Source: a virus (taxonomy: Duplodnaviria; Caudoviricetes). Taken from it: a stretch of DNA of 64,000 bases. The notes under the pieces are model-generated. The model saw nothing but the letters and a program-made list of their open reading frames with translations. It had not been told where the DNA came from and did not search any database. A program made the position numbers and the translations under genes. Below, in pieces: positions 38,343 through 47,615 of the stretch. Each line of letters starts with the position of its first letter. Position 1 is the stretch's first letter. The DNA is taken from IMG/VR virus record IMGVR_UViG_3300021256_000056, positions 131,096 through 195,095 of that record. The stretch is one strand, 5' to 3'.

Positions 38343-39170
38343 ATGCCAATAGAAGAAAAGATTCAACAAAGCATAGATGCTCTTAAAATATACGAAGAAG
38401 CTCTTCGGGAAATAAATGACATTAGTAAACTCTTCAAAGAAAGGCTTGGTGAGAATTTAAGAGAATATCAAAAAGAATTTATTTTCAATATTATAACTTC
38501 TGCATCTGGTTGTTTTGTGAAGAAATGTAGACAAGCTGGTATAAGCACGGCTTATGCCGCTCATGTATATAATAAAATCAAAAAAAACACTGACGGCCAC
38601 TATAAAGTTTTAATTTGTTGCAGAGACTTAAGCCTTTCTAAAGAAAATTACAATAAAATAGCAGGGTTTTGTTCAAATCTATCAGAGATAAAATTAATGC
38701 AAAAATGTGTGACTTTCTGTAGCGAGGGCATGCTAATTAATAAATTATGTGGTAGTCGATTCGACGAGGTTTATTTAGATGAAGCCTCCTTTCTTAAAGA
38801 GTTTTCTCATGTTTGGGATGATGTTATGGCCTCAATATGTCAGACCGACGGCAAAGTAATTATTGTTTCAACACCCAAAAATGAAGATGAGAACGAAGAT
38901 GATTTCGTTAAAATGTACAACCGAGTTATTGAGCACCCTGGAAGTTGGAAATATCAACAAATTGATTGGTATGAAGTCCCATGTTTTAACAAACATCTTA
39001 TTTGGAAAAAAATTTTAGTTGAACCGACAATAGATGAAGAAGGTAATGTGAAATATGACAAAGAACGATGGGTAAAACTAATGAAAGAAGGTTGGATGCC
39101 AACGTCACCTAAATACGAAAAGTTAAAAACACTGATAGGTGAAAACATAAAAAATGAATTATTAAATTAA
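38343..39170 (+). CDS. Terminase-like ATPase domain only (TerL paralogue lacking nuclease)
   Basis: LREYQ, KCRQAGIST, YLDEASF, IIVSTP; EPTIDEEGNVKYD..W...GWMP.SP shared with 61054..62931; likely start ATG 38343. Confidence 0.85.
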   Translation: MPIEEKIQQSIDALKIYEEALREINDISKLFKERLGENLREYQKEFIFNIITSASGCFVKKCRQAGISTAYAAHVYNKIKKNTDGHYKVLICCRDLSLSKENYNKIAGFCSNLSEIKLMQKCVTFCSEGMLINKLCGSRFDEVYLDEASFLKEFSHVWDDVMASICQTDGKVIIVSTPKNEDENEDDFVKMYNRVIEHPGSWKYQQIDWYEVPCFNKHLIWKKILVEPTIDEEGNVKYDKERWVKLMKEGWMPTSPKYEKLKTLIGENIKNELLN

Positions 39171-39182
39171 AAAACATAAAAT

Positions 39183-40424
39183 ATGACAGAAAATAAGAAA
39201 ATTCGGGTACTTGTTGCCCCTGATGACCACGGTGGAGTAGCTTACTGGAGAATGGAACAGCCCCACCTTAAACTTGACCAACTTTTTGGTAATGAATTTG
39301 ATGTTATTATTAACCACAATGTTAATTGGAGAGACTTAGATTACATAAAACAGTTTGACATATTGGTTTACCACAAGGGGCTATTCCCCGATTTTGAAGG
39401 ATTTAGGGCCGCCCTTAAGTTTTGCAATGAGAACAACATTACAACAGTAATGGATATTGACGATTATTGGGACCTCGGACAGTGGCACCCACAAACGCTT
39501 CACAATAAGGCAAGCGGAGGTATCGAAAAAACCACTGGCAATCTCCGTTTAACGGACTATATCACAACAACAACGAACCTTTTTGCAAAAGATATTGCAA
39601 AATACAATCCTAATGTTAAGGTTTTCCCTAACGCAGTAAATAAAGATGAGCCACAGTGGGCACCAGATTTCTCAAGGACAGATAAACTTCGTATTGGGTA
39701 TATAATGGGAAGCACGCACGAGCGCGATATGGCCCAAGTTTATGGACTAACCAACAGACTATACGGCGAAGGACTTCTGTCAAAGGTCCAAATAGTGCTA
39801 TGTGGATATGATTTAAGGGGTACAATGACCGTCATCGGTCCAGATAAGCAAGTACAGGGACAAAGGCCAATCCGCCCCGAAGAATCCGTTTGGTATAAAT
39901 ACGAAAAAATAGTCACAGACGACTATAAGATATGCAGCCCAGCTTACAAGGAGCATCTTCAGAGATTTATTCCAGAACTACAATATCCTGGTGTTGAAAA
40001 TGAAACGTATCGCCGAGAATGGACAAAGAATCTATCTTCATTCGGTACACACTATAACAATATTGATATTCTTTTGGTACCCCTTGATGAAAATGAGTTT
40101 AATTACCACAAATCCGAACTCAAACTAGCTGAAGCAGGAACCAAACATAAGGGTGTGATATGTTCAAATTTCGGACCATATACTATCGGTACCAAATCCC
40201 TACTAAAAAAAGGCGGTGAAATTGACCCCGAAGGAAATTGTATTTTAATCAACCCGCAAAGGGCACATAAAGAATGGCTAAAAGCCATCAAGACGCTTGT
40301 AAATCACCCTGAATATGTAACAATGCTTCAAGATAATCTAGCAAAACATATTGAAGAAAATTATAATTTAGAGAAATGGACAGCAGAGCGTGCTAATTGG
40401 TACAAATCAATAGTAAAACGTTAA
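39183..40424 (+). CDS. Glycosyltransferase (GT-B fold)
   Basis: GVAYWR..QP, MDIDDYW, VFPNAV, RIGY.GS.H..D, DILLVPL..NEFN..KSELKL.EA. Confidence 0.82.
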   Translation: MTENKKIRVLVAPDDHGGVAYWRMEQPHLKLDQLFGNEFDVIINHNVNWRDLDYIKQFDILVYHKGLFPDFEGFRAALKFCNENNITTVMDIDDYWDLGQWHPQTLHNKASGGIEKTTGNLRLTDYITTTTNLFAKDIAKYNPNVKVFPNAVNKDEPQWAPDFSRTDKLRIGYIMGSTHERDMAQVYGLTNRLYGEGLLSKVQIVLCGYDLRGTMTVIGPDKQVQGQRPIRPEESVWYKYEKIVTDDYKICSPAYKEHLQRFIPELQYPGVENETYRREWTKNLSSFGTHYNNIDILLVPLDENEFNYHKSELKLAEAGTKHKGVICSNFGPYTIGTKSLLKKGGEIDPEGNCILINPQRAHKEWLKAIKTLVNHPEYVTMLQDNLAKHIEENYNLEKWTAERANWYKSIVKR

Positions 40425-40459
40425 ATGTCATAGTTTTATTGTTTTTAATTATTATTGTG

Positions 40460-40483
40460 AAAGGGTGCAGAGATGCACCCTTT
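40460..40483 (+). terminator. Intrinsic terminator
   Basis: aaagggtgca-gaga-tgcacccttt. Confidence 0.75.
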
Positions 40484-40512
40484 GCTTTTTTTGTTGTTTT
40501 TTTGTATATTTG
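40481..40512 (+). promoter_or_regulatory. Host-type Bacteroidota promoter
   Basis: TTTG-N20-TATATTTG, ending 7 nt before ATG 40520. Confidence 0.72.
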
Positions 40513-40519
40513 TTTTGTT

Positions 40520-40975
40520 ATGAAAGTTTTACTTGAAAAATTAGATGAAAAAGCTAGACTACCAGAAAAAGGCAAGCCTGGCGATTTTTGTTATGATGTT
40601 TGGGCCGTTTCAGAAGAAGAAATCGCCCCTAATGTGTGGAGGTATGGACTCGGATTCAGATATGAAATAAATAGAGGATTCCCCGATGAATTCCGCGACT
40701 TCAACATCTCAATAGATTTCCGTCCCAGGAGCAGCATTTGGCAGACAGGGATGTCGCTCTCTAATGGTCCTGGAACACTAGATGAATTTTATAGAGGACA
40801 GGCTATGGCAATTTTTTATCATATAATGCCTAACATGCCAAGATATAAGAAAGGAGATAAAATTGGACAAATTAAAATAGGCCTTACCCCTAAGGTTAAT
40901 TTTGAATTCGTGGATAAAATTAACACCGATACGGAAAGAGGAGAAGGCGGTTTTGGAAGTACTGGTAAAAAATAA
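40520..40975 (+). CDS. dut: Trimeric dUTPase
   Basis: YD, RPRSS, GTLDEFYRG, GDKIGQ, TERGEGGFGSTG; start at ATG 40520. Confidence 0.92.
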   Translation: MKVLLEKLDEKARLPEKGKPGDFCYDVWAVSEEEIAPNVWRYGLGFRYEINRGFPDEFRDFNISIDFRPRSSIWQTGMSLSNGPGTLDEFYRGQAMAIFYHIMPNMPRYKKGDKIGQIKIGLTPKVNFEFVDKINTDTERGEGGFGSTGKK

Positions 40976-40980
40976 GAAAT

Positions 40981-42156
40981 ATGAGTAAATTAACTAAAGT
41001 AGGCTACGAATTGGAGAGCGTCCACATTGTTCAGGCTCCTATTTCAGATATTGAACACAGGTGCGAATGCGACCCAATGATTGATTTCTATGGCAGGAAG
41101 GTTTATCCTGTAATAGTTTCTCCTATGGGTTCCGTAACGGATGAAAAAAATTATAAGGTATGGCTTGAACATGGATTCTTATGCGTTGTTCCAAGGACAG
41201 TTCAAAAGACTGAAAATAACCCCAATGGAATAAGTTTTGAGGAACGTCTTAAAATATCACAAGAAACTTTCGTATCCTTTTCGCTCAACGAGGCGAGATA
41301 TCTAACAGAACACCTCCTTATTAATAGGGATAAGCGTCATTTTATTTGCATAGACATTGCGCATGGTACAATGAAATGCCTTTATGATGTGTGTGCAAAT
41401 CTAAAAAAGTTGCTCGGCGATAAGATTGTTATCATGACAGGTAACGTGGCAAATCCCGATGCCTATCCTTTCTATGCTGCAAATGAAATAGATTATATGA
41501 GGGCGACAATCGGTACAGGAAGTCGCTGTACAACATCTTGCAACGTAGGAATACATTATCCCACTGCTACTCTTATAGACGAACTCCGTATGAATAAGGA
41601 GACATGGGAAGAAAACCACAGTGAAGGCACCAAAATTATCGTCGATGGCGGAATACAAAACTTTGATGATATTCAAAAGTGTATCGCCCTCGGCGCATGG
41701 GCTGTAATGAGTGGTAGCATTTTTGCCAAAGCTCAGGAGGCGTGCGAACCGATTGTATTTCTACAGCCCGACAATCTCAATATGGCTGATGCTATTCCCG
41801 CTGATGAGTATTTTGAGAAACTCGGTGAATTAAAAGAACGAAGCGCCAACTTTGAAACCGACGAAAATGAGTATTGGATGGCATATAAGAAACTTAGCCA
41901 GCGTAAACCATACCGCCTCTATTACGGAATGAGCACGAAGCTTGCACAGAAGAAAACAGGCGGCAAGGGTACCACTACTGCAGAAGGCATCGCAAAGCCA
42001 ATACCCGTAGAATATCCTATCGCTAAGTGGGCAGATAATATGGCTTCGTATATGAGGAGCTGTATGTCATATACGGGTTGCAGGACAATTGAAGAAATGC
42101 GCAATGAAACAGAATTAATTATTAATCTGTCAGGAGACCGCTCATTTAGAAAATAA
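40981..42156 (+). CDS. GMP reductase / IMP dehydrogenase family
   Basis: SPM, CIDIAHG, GNVA, IGTGSRCTT, DGGI, VMSGS, YYGMS, AEG, RS.MSY.G. Confidence 0.88.
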   Translation: MSKLTKVGYELESVHIVQAPISDIEHRCECDPMIDFYGRKVYPVIVSPMGSVTDEKNYKVWLEHGFLCVVPRTVQKTENNPNGISFEERLKISQETFVSFSLNEARYLTEHLLINRDKRHFICIDIAHGTMKCLYDVCANLKKLLGDKIVIMTGNVANPDAYPFYAANEIDYMRATIGTGSRCTTSCNVGIHYPTATLIDELRMNKETWEENHSEGTKIIVDGGIQNFDDIQKCIALGAWAVMSGSIFAKAQEACEPIVFLQPDNLNMADAIPADEYFEKLGELKERSANFETDENEYWMAYKKLSQRKPYRLYYGMSTKLAQKKTGGKGTTTAEGIAKPIPVEYPIAKWADNMASYMRSCMSYTGCRTIEEMRNETELIINLSGDRSFRK

Positions 42157-42173
42157 CAATTCAAATAATGTTA

Positions 42174-42202
42174 AGAAAACAGTCCTTAAGGGCTGTTTTT
42201 TT
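42174..42202 (+). terminator. Intrinsic terminator
   Basis: aaaacagtcc-ttaa-gggctgtttt. Confidence 0.7.
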
Positions 42203-42250
42203 GTTGATTTTTAATGTTTAATAGAATATCTTTTCGTAAAGAAAGATTAT

Positions 42251-42454
42251 ATGGCAAAACTTAAGGAAAAATCCATGCGGGAATTACTAGAACTCCAACA
42301 GGGAGCACATCTCATCTGTGCAAAATATGAAAACCTTAATAAAATGAATCAGTTTGATTCCAGAGAACTCAACGAAACTTTCGTCAAATTTAAGGAAAAA
42401 TACGACCTTATTATTGATGAAATAGAAAAAAGAATCGAGGCAGAAATATGTTAA
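42251..42454 (+). CDS. Small hypothetical protein
   Basis: ORF overlapping next start. Confidence 0.7.
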   Translation: MAKLKEKSMRELLELQQGAHLICAKYENLNKMNQFDSRELNETFVKFKEKYDLIIDEIEKRIEAEIC

Positions 42455-43425
42455 AAAAATTTGGAAGAAATCTTAGGCTCGGAATCGCTAGTCTCTTTTA
42501 TGGAATGAAGGGGGCTAACGATACAATTATTAATCCCGCCACCACAAGTTCATCAGAGGAAGTTAATCAAAAGCAAGAGCTTAAAGGTAACGTTTTTTCT
42601 GAAATGCTACAAGAACAAGAAACACAACAGGTCCAGGAAACGAGGGATGCATATTACCGCGCCTATAGGGAAGCCGATAAATACAGCGTCCAAATTTCAG
42701 GAATTGGAGAGGACGGAGAGATAGCGGGCGACTTATCGGCTGTGGCCGTAAAGAAAACAGTATTCGAAAAGCCCAGAATCCCCGTATATGAGACCAAGGG
42801 CTACCGACCCAGAATCGTCCAAAACGCAAAAGATTATGAAAACGATGAGGAAACAAAGTTTGAAGAGGCCATAAAGGGAGAAGCAATTGATAATAAGGAT
42901 ACATTTATATACAGCATTAAATATAAAGACGGAATATTACCGCGTTTTTATGTTGAAAAATACATAACAAAACTGGTTGTAAAGGAAAATAGTAAAGGAA
43001 AAATAAAACTCGACCTGTATTTTTCAATGTATGCCCGTCAATTCGTTAAGCGCGATAGCTTGTTTATTGCAGAACTAAACGGAATATATAATAACACAAA
43101 GACCATTAGTGTTATTAGCGACATCGAGGAGTTATCTTTTGTAAGTGACAAAGCGTTTGGTATTGAAAATCTTCATAAGATAACATTCTCAAATATTAAA
43201 TACAAGAAAGCAGTAATATTTGATGGGTGTTTCGTTTTAGAATTCGATGCCAATATGACGGATGAAGATATTACTGCAAAATACCATATGGACTCGCTTG
43301 ATGAGAAGTATAAGAATAAAGCCCCCAAGAAGCAAACAACCGATATTAACGCCATTACCAGGCGCATTGAAAAAGAAGAGGAAGAAAAAAATAATTTTGA
43401 AACAACAACATTAAAGTTAAAATGA
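42448..43425 (+). CDS. Hypothetical protein
   Basis: 325-aa ORF in operon. Confidence 0.75.
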   Translation: MLKKFGRNLRLGIASLFYGMKGANDTIINPATTSSSEEVNQKQELKGNVFSEMLQEQETQQVQETRDAYYRAYREADKYSVQISGIGEDGEIAGDLSAVAVKKTVFEKPRIPVYETKGYRPRIVQNAKDYENDEETKFEEAIKGEAIDNKDTFIYSIKYKDGILPRFYVEKYITKLVVKENSKGKIKLDLYFSMYARQFVKRDSLFIAELNGIYNNTKTISVISDIEELSFVSDKAFGIENLHKITFSNIKYKKAVIFDGCFVLEFDANMTDEDITAKYHMDSLDEKYKNKAPKKQTTDINAITRRIEKEEEEKNNFETTTLKLK

Positions 43426-44030
43426 GAATTGCAATAGATTTAAATGATGTTTTACGAGATTTTACAATGAATTTCGCTAAATATTATCGACAAGGTTACG
43501 ACCACACGTTCGATTACGACGAGTTGGAATTGTGGACCAATGACCCACAAGCCCTGTTTAGTTTCAAGAGCACTAAGGCATATGAAAAGTTCACGTATGA
43601 AGACTATGCTTATGAGCTTTTCGGTGCCTGTCCAACTTGCGAGTTACAATTGACTGCAGCTTTTAACGAGTGGGTTACAGAAACAGTTCCCAATATCGAT
43701 ACAGACGAGCCAATAGAATTACTCATTGTATCTCCAATGGAATATGGCCTATCAATTCCCAGCACCTATTTTTTCCTCTCTAAAATCGGGTGTAAGATAC
43801 GAAAAATATTCCTCCCCTCCGACTCTTCGGAAATATGGGATAAATGCGACGCCCTTATCACGGCCAACCCAGTCTTGATTAGCAATAAACCAGAGGACAA
43901 AATTTCTATTAAGATAGAAACCGAATATAATAAAGACGTTGAATCTGATTTTTCCTTTGCTACAATGAAGGAATTTGTGGGAGACGAAGAAAATGTTAAA
44001 GAAATTATTGAAAAAAGAAATGAAAAGTAA
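43422..44030 (+). CDS. HAD-superfamily 5'(3')-deoxyribonucleotidase-like protein
   Basis: MRIAIDLNDVLRDF N-terminus (DxN variant), C-terminal YN. Confidence 0.65.
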   Translation: MRIAIDLNDVLRDFTMNFAKYYRQGYDHTFDYDELELWTNDPQALFSFKSTKAYEKFTYEDYAYELFGACPTCELQLTAAFNEWVTETVPNIDTDEPIELLIVSPMEYGLSIPSTYFFLSKIGCKIRKIFLPSDSSEIWDKCDALITANPVLISNKPEDKISIKIETEYNKDVESDFSFATMKEFVGDEENVKEIIEKRNEK

Positions 44031-44400
44031 TTCTGATTCACTTGTAATTATTGGCAATAAGAAATATGCCTTTGATTTAAGCAAAATAAAAGATTTTTGC
44101 TTAATGTCTGACAAAGAGAAGGGTGGCGAGGTAGAAATAATGGAAGTTCACGAGCCGAACGAAAGAGGAAACCTCACACTATCAAGCAAAACGGTACACG
44201 AAGTCAAGGGTACTGGCAATCCACAAAATGACACAATCATGTATGACTTGATTAAAGTTTTTATTGTCACTCTACTGAATAGCGAGATAGACGTTAATTC
44301 CCCCGAAAAAACGGTTATAAGTCACATGGATTTTGCAACAAGACTTGCTTTTAATACCTTGATTGAAATGGGATTTTTATATGAAATAAAGGAAAATTAA
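44020..44400 (+). CDS. Hypothetical protein
   Basis: Likely start ATG 44020. Confidence 0.7.
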   Translation: MKSNSDSLVIIGNKKYAFDLSKIKDFCLMSDKEKGGEVEIMEVHEPNERGNLTLSSKTVHEVKGTGNPQNDTIMYDLIKVFIVTLLNSEIDVNSPEKTVISHMDFATRLAFNTLIEMGFLYEIKEN

Positions 44401-44415
44401 AAAAAAACTAAAATA

Positions 44416-45519
44416 ATGGAACAAGAAAAATTACAGAGCACTATTTTTACGCTTGAAAACGAGCTTAAAAAATATGACGACAAAGAGTTTAATCTATATT
44501 TCTTTGTGCTTGATACCAAAGGGAATCCCTCTGGCACCCTAAGGTATATTTACCAGACCGCAAAAACACTGGCGGATAAAGGTTACAAGGTGACAATGCT
44601 ACACCAGGAAAAAGATTTTGTTGGTGTTGCAGATTGGCTTGGAGAAGAGTATGCTTCACTGCCCCACAAAAACGTTGAAAAGGAAAATGTTGAAATCGGG
44701 GCAGCAGATTTTCTCTTTATCCCCGAGATTTACGCAAACGTTATGTCTCAAACCAAGAATCTACCCTGTAAGAGAGTTGCGATATTATCCAACATGAATT
44801 ATCTAACCGAGGTTATACCCGTCGGTGTAACATGGCCTAATATGGGTATCAATGAGGTTGTTACAACATCTAAATCTTACGAGGCAACAATTAATGATTA
44901 TTTCCCAGATGTAAGGTCACACGTTGTTTCACCATTTATCCCAGAGGTGTTCAAAAAGAACGACAAGCCCAAGAATCTCATTATTAACTGTATTTGCAAA
45001 GAACCTTCGGACATTAATAAAATCATTAAGCCCTTCTTCTGGAAATATCCCGTGTACAAATGGATTTCCTTTAGAGACCTTCGCGGCCTTCCACAGGATG
45101 TTTTCGCCGAGGCATTAAAAGACAGTGCGCTCACAATATGGGTTGATGATGACACCAGTTTCGGACTCTCCCTCATGGAATCAATCAAGTGCGGTTGTTT
45201 GACTTTCGCTAAAGTACCTGATAACATCTGCGATTGGATGATTGATGATAAAAACACATTAAATCGTGCCGCTATTTGGTTTGAGGATATTCAAAATCTT
45301 CCCAATATGATAGCAAGCGTAGTAAGAAGTTGGCTTATAGATGATATTCCCGCCGAAATAGATGAAGAGGCAGGAAAATTTGCGGGACTATACACCAAGG
45401 AAGAACATGTGCGCCAGGTTGAGGAAGTATATATTAACGGACTTTTTAGCGAGAGACAGAAGGAACTTGCTGAAGCAATTAAACAGTTCAAATCAGGCCT
45501 TAATAATACAGAAAAGTAA
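44416..45519 (+). CDS. Glycosyltransferase-like protein (GT-B)
   Basis: PSG..RYIYQ.AK.L...GY.V, DFLFIPE, SFGLSLMESIKCGC. Confidence 0.7.
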   Translation: MEQEKLQSTIFTLENELKKYDDKEFNLYFFVLDTKGNPSGTLRYIYQTAKTLADKGYKVTMLHQEKDFVGVADWLGEEYASLPHKNVEKENVEIGAADFLFIPEIYANVMSQTKNLPCKRVAILSNMNYLTEVIPVGVTWPNMGINEVVTTSKSYEATINDYFPDVRSHVVSPFIPEVFKKNDKPKNLIINCICKEPSDINKIIKPFFWKYPVYKWISFRDLRGLPQDVFAEALKDSALTIWVDDDTSFGLSLMESIKCGCLTFAKVPDNICDWMIDDKNTLNRAAIWFEDIQNLPNMIASVVRSWLIDDIPAEIDEEAGKFAGLYTKEEHVRQVEEVYINGLFSERQKELAEAIKQFKSGLNNTEK

Positions 45520-45527
45520 TTAAAAAC

Positions 45528-46295
45528 ATGAACGAATTAACAGTAATTATTCCAATAGATAAGTTCAACGAGGAAGTTTCCACGTTGCTTACATCAGCAA
45601 TTTCAAGTGTCGAGGAAGGCACCAAGCTCATTCTTGTAGGTCCCCACGACACACTTGAAGCCACCAAATCACTAGATGTTGTAAAGAACAAGAAACATCT
45701 AAAATTTCTAGACAACGAGAACATTAACTTGCCAACCCAAATAAATTTGGCAGTAAACGAGGTTAAAACCAAGTATTTCAGCGTCCTCGAATACGATGAT
45801 ACGTTCACACCTAATTGGTTTAAAAATGTTGCTGAACGCATAGAGTCAGAGCCAGGCGTTTTTGCCTATCTCCCAATTTATGAAGTTTTCACTTATGGTG
45901 ATAATACAAATGCTATTGGGTATGTCAACGAACCAGTCTGGGCAAGCTCATTCTCAGAAAAAATTGGCTATTTTGACACCGAAAGCCTCGAGAACTATGT
46001 TGATATCGGGTGCAGTGGCGCCCTTTTTGATAAAGATACATTTATTGAGCTTGGCGGCCTGAAGGAAAGCATGAAAGTGTCTTTCTGGTATGAGTTCATG
46101 CTCAGGGCCGACTATAAATCTAAGAAAATTTACGTTGTACCCAAGGTGGGTTACAGACACTGTCTGGGCAGGCCAGGCTCATTGCTTGAAATCTACAAGC
46201 AAACACTTACATCCGAAGAGGCCACATGGTGGATTGCGCTCGCAAAACAAGAGCACTTCTTCAAGAAGGATAGAAATAAAACATATAAAAAATAA
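45528..46295 (+). CDS. Glycosyltransferase family 2 (GT-A)
   Basis: LTVIIP, KYFSVLEYDD, FIELGGL, EFMLR. Confidence 0.75.
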   Translation: MNELTVIIPIDKFNEEVSTLLTSAISSVEEGTKLILVGPHDTLEATKSLDVVKNKKHLKFLDNENINLPTQINLAVNEVKTKYFSVLEYDDTFTPNWFKNVAERIESEPGVFAYLPIYEVFTYGDNTNAIGYVNEPVWASSFSEKIGYFDTESLENYVDIGCSGALFDKDTFIELGGLKESMKVSFWYEFMLRADYKSKKIYVVPKVGYRHCLGRPGSLLEIYKQTLTSEEATWWIALAKQEHFFKKDRNKTYKK

Positions 46296-46314
46296 GGATT
46301 ACATTGCAATCTTT

Positions 46315-46343
46315 GGTGAGGGGAGATTTCTCCTCTCACCTTT
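46315..46343 (+). terminator. Hairpin/terminator before sigma gene
   Basis: ggtgaggggag-loop-ctcctctcacc followed by ttt. Confidence 0.6.
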
Positions 46344-46448
46344 AATCATCATAGGAGAGGCCCACTAATGGGATACCAAAGGAAAGCATATTGTAATTAT
46401 ATGAATAAATGATGCCGCAACGTTCCATGCTAAAACGCATAGAATAGA

Positions 46449-47168
46449 ATGGCAAAGAAAGGAAGAAAACCAAGCAATAAAAGAAAGGGATATTTTTTTG
46501 AAGCAGAAGAAGAAGCTGTAAAACTATATCTAGAAGCTGAAAGCAAAGAAACAAAGGACTACATTTACGAGACCATGTTACGGTCGGCCTTTGAGAAAAT
46601 GATAAACTCTATAATTCGAAGGTATGCTATGTACATACCCGATGAAGAGTATGAGCAAACGTTTAACGACACACTCTCGTATCTACTCACAAAATTAGGT
46701 AATTTCAATCCAGACAAAGGCTGTAAAGCTTTTTCGTATTGTGGCACAGTAGCCAGGAATTATCTTAAATATAAAAAGTTCCAATACGTTAAAAAGACAC
46801 TTCGAGACCTTCCTTACGAGGAAATGGTGGAAGATTTAAATAGAGACACTTTTTACGTGACAGACGAAACATCATTCAAAAGCGAAGCGCCTGAACTCAT
46901 AAAGGAAACGGCGCGGGGCATTGAAAAAATGATAAAAGAACCCAGCAAAAACAACTTAAATGAAAATGAAATAAAAGTTGGCATCGCCCTCGTAGAACTT
47001 TTGAATAATTGGGAAGAAATTTTCGTGGATGGCAGCAATAAAATGAACAAAAGTTCGGTTCTTTATTTTTTAAGAGAAGAAACGATGATGACAACAAAGG
47101 AGCTACGTGATAATATGAGAAAGTATAAAGGCATATATAAAATTTTACGCGACGCAGCCCTTAGTTAG
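46449..47168 (+). CDS. Phage sigma factor (T4 gp55-like, probable late sigma)
   Basis: KLGNFNPDKGCKAFSYCGTVARNYL sigma region-2-like motif. Confidence 0.7.
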   Translation: MAKKGRKPSNKRKGYFFEAEEEAVKLYLEAESKETKDYIYETMLRSAFEKMINSIIRRYAMYIPDEEYEQTFNDTLSYLLTKLGNFNPDKGCKAFSYCGTVARNYLKYKKFQYVKKTLRDLPYEEMVEDLNRDTFYVTDETSFKSEAPELIKETARGIEKMIKEPSKNNLNENEIKVGIALVELLNNWEEIFVDGSNKMNKSSVLYFLREETMMTTKELRDNMRKYKGIYKILRDAALS

Positions 47169-47181
47169 AAACTGCTTTTTA

Positions 47182-47190
47182 ACTATTTAT
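47182..47190 (+). promoter_or_regulatory. Putative late promoter ACTATTTAT
   Basis: Exact motif upstream of ATG 47208. Confidence 0.75.
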
Positions 47191-47207
47191 AAAAAAATAG
47201 AATAGTT

Positions 47208-47615
47208 ATGTCAGAAACTAAAATACGAGTAAACTCCCTGGAGAGAATTGAGCAAATTCTCCAGGAAACTTATGACCTCACAGTAAAAGAAATCAACGAG
47301 ATTCAGAATGAAATGAACAAACTCGTTAATTCAAGCCCATTAGCGACGGCAACTTTTGATGATAAAGCTAAATACGCTAAAGCCGTTCATGATTTTATAA
47401 AAGATAAAACAGAAGCAATTAAAATGCGTTTAGATATCGCGAAATTCATGGGCGAAATTTACAAGTATGATGGAAACGTCACCAAAGCAATCAATGACCC
47501 CGCAATAAGTAAATCAACCAGCCTAAATCTTAAAAGTTTACGAAGTGACGTAAAAAAAATACTAGACGAAGGTAACGGAGGTAAAACATATAACATAAAA
47601 GACCACAATAACTAA
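47208..47615 (+). CDS. Hypothetical helical late protein
   Basis: ORF after late motif. Confidence 0.7.
   Translation: MSETKIRVNSLERIEQILQETYDLTVKEINEIQNEMNKLVNSSPLATATFDDKAKYAKAVHDFIKDKTEAIKMRLDIAKFMGEIYKYDGNVTKAINDPAISKSTSLNLKSLRSDVKKILDEGNGGKTYNIKDHNN

Noticed and set aside
40397-40519. Hydrophobic N-terminal extension on dUTPase (similar extensions at 38283, 23751 and 43975)
   Set aside because: The extensions run through a terminator, a promoter or the upstream gene; downstream ATGs fit better
47208-47615. Terminase small subunit
   Set aside because: Size, helicity and late promoter are compatible, but no recognisable motif supports the call
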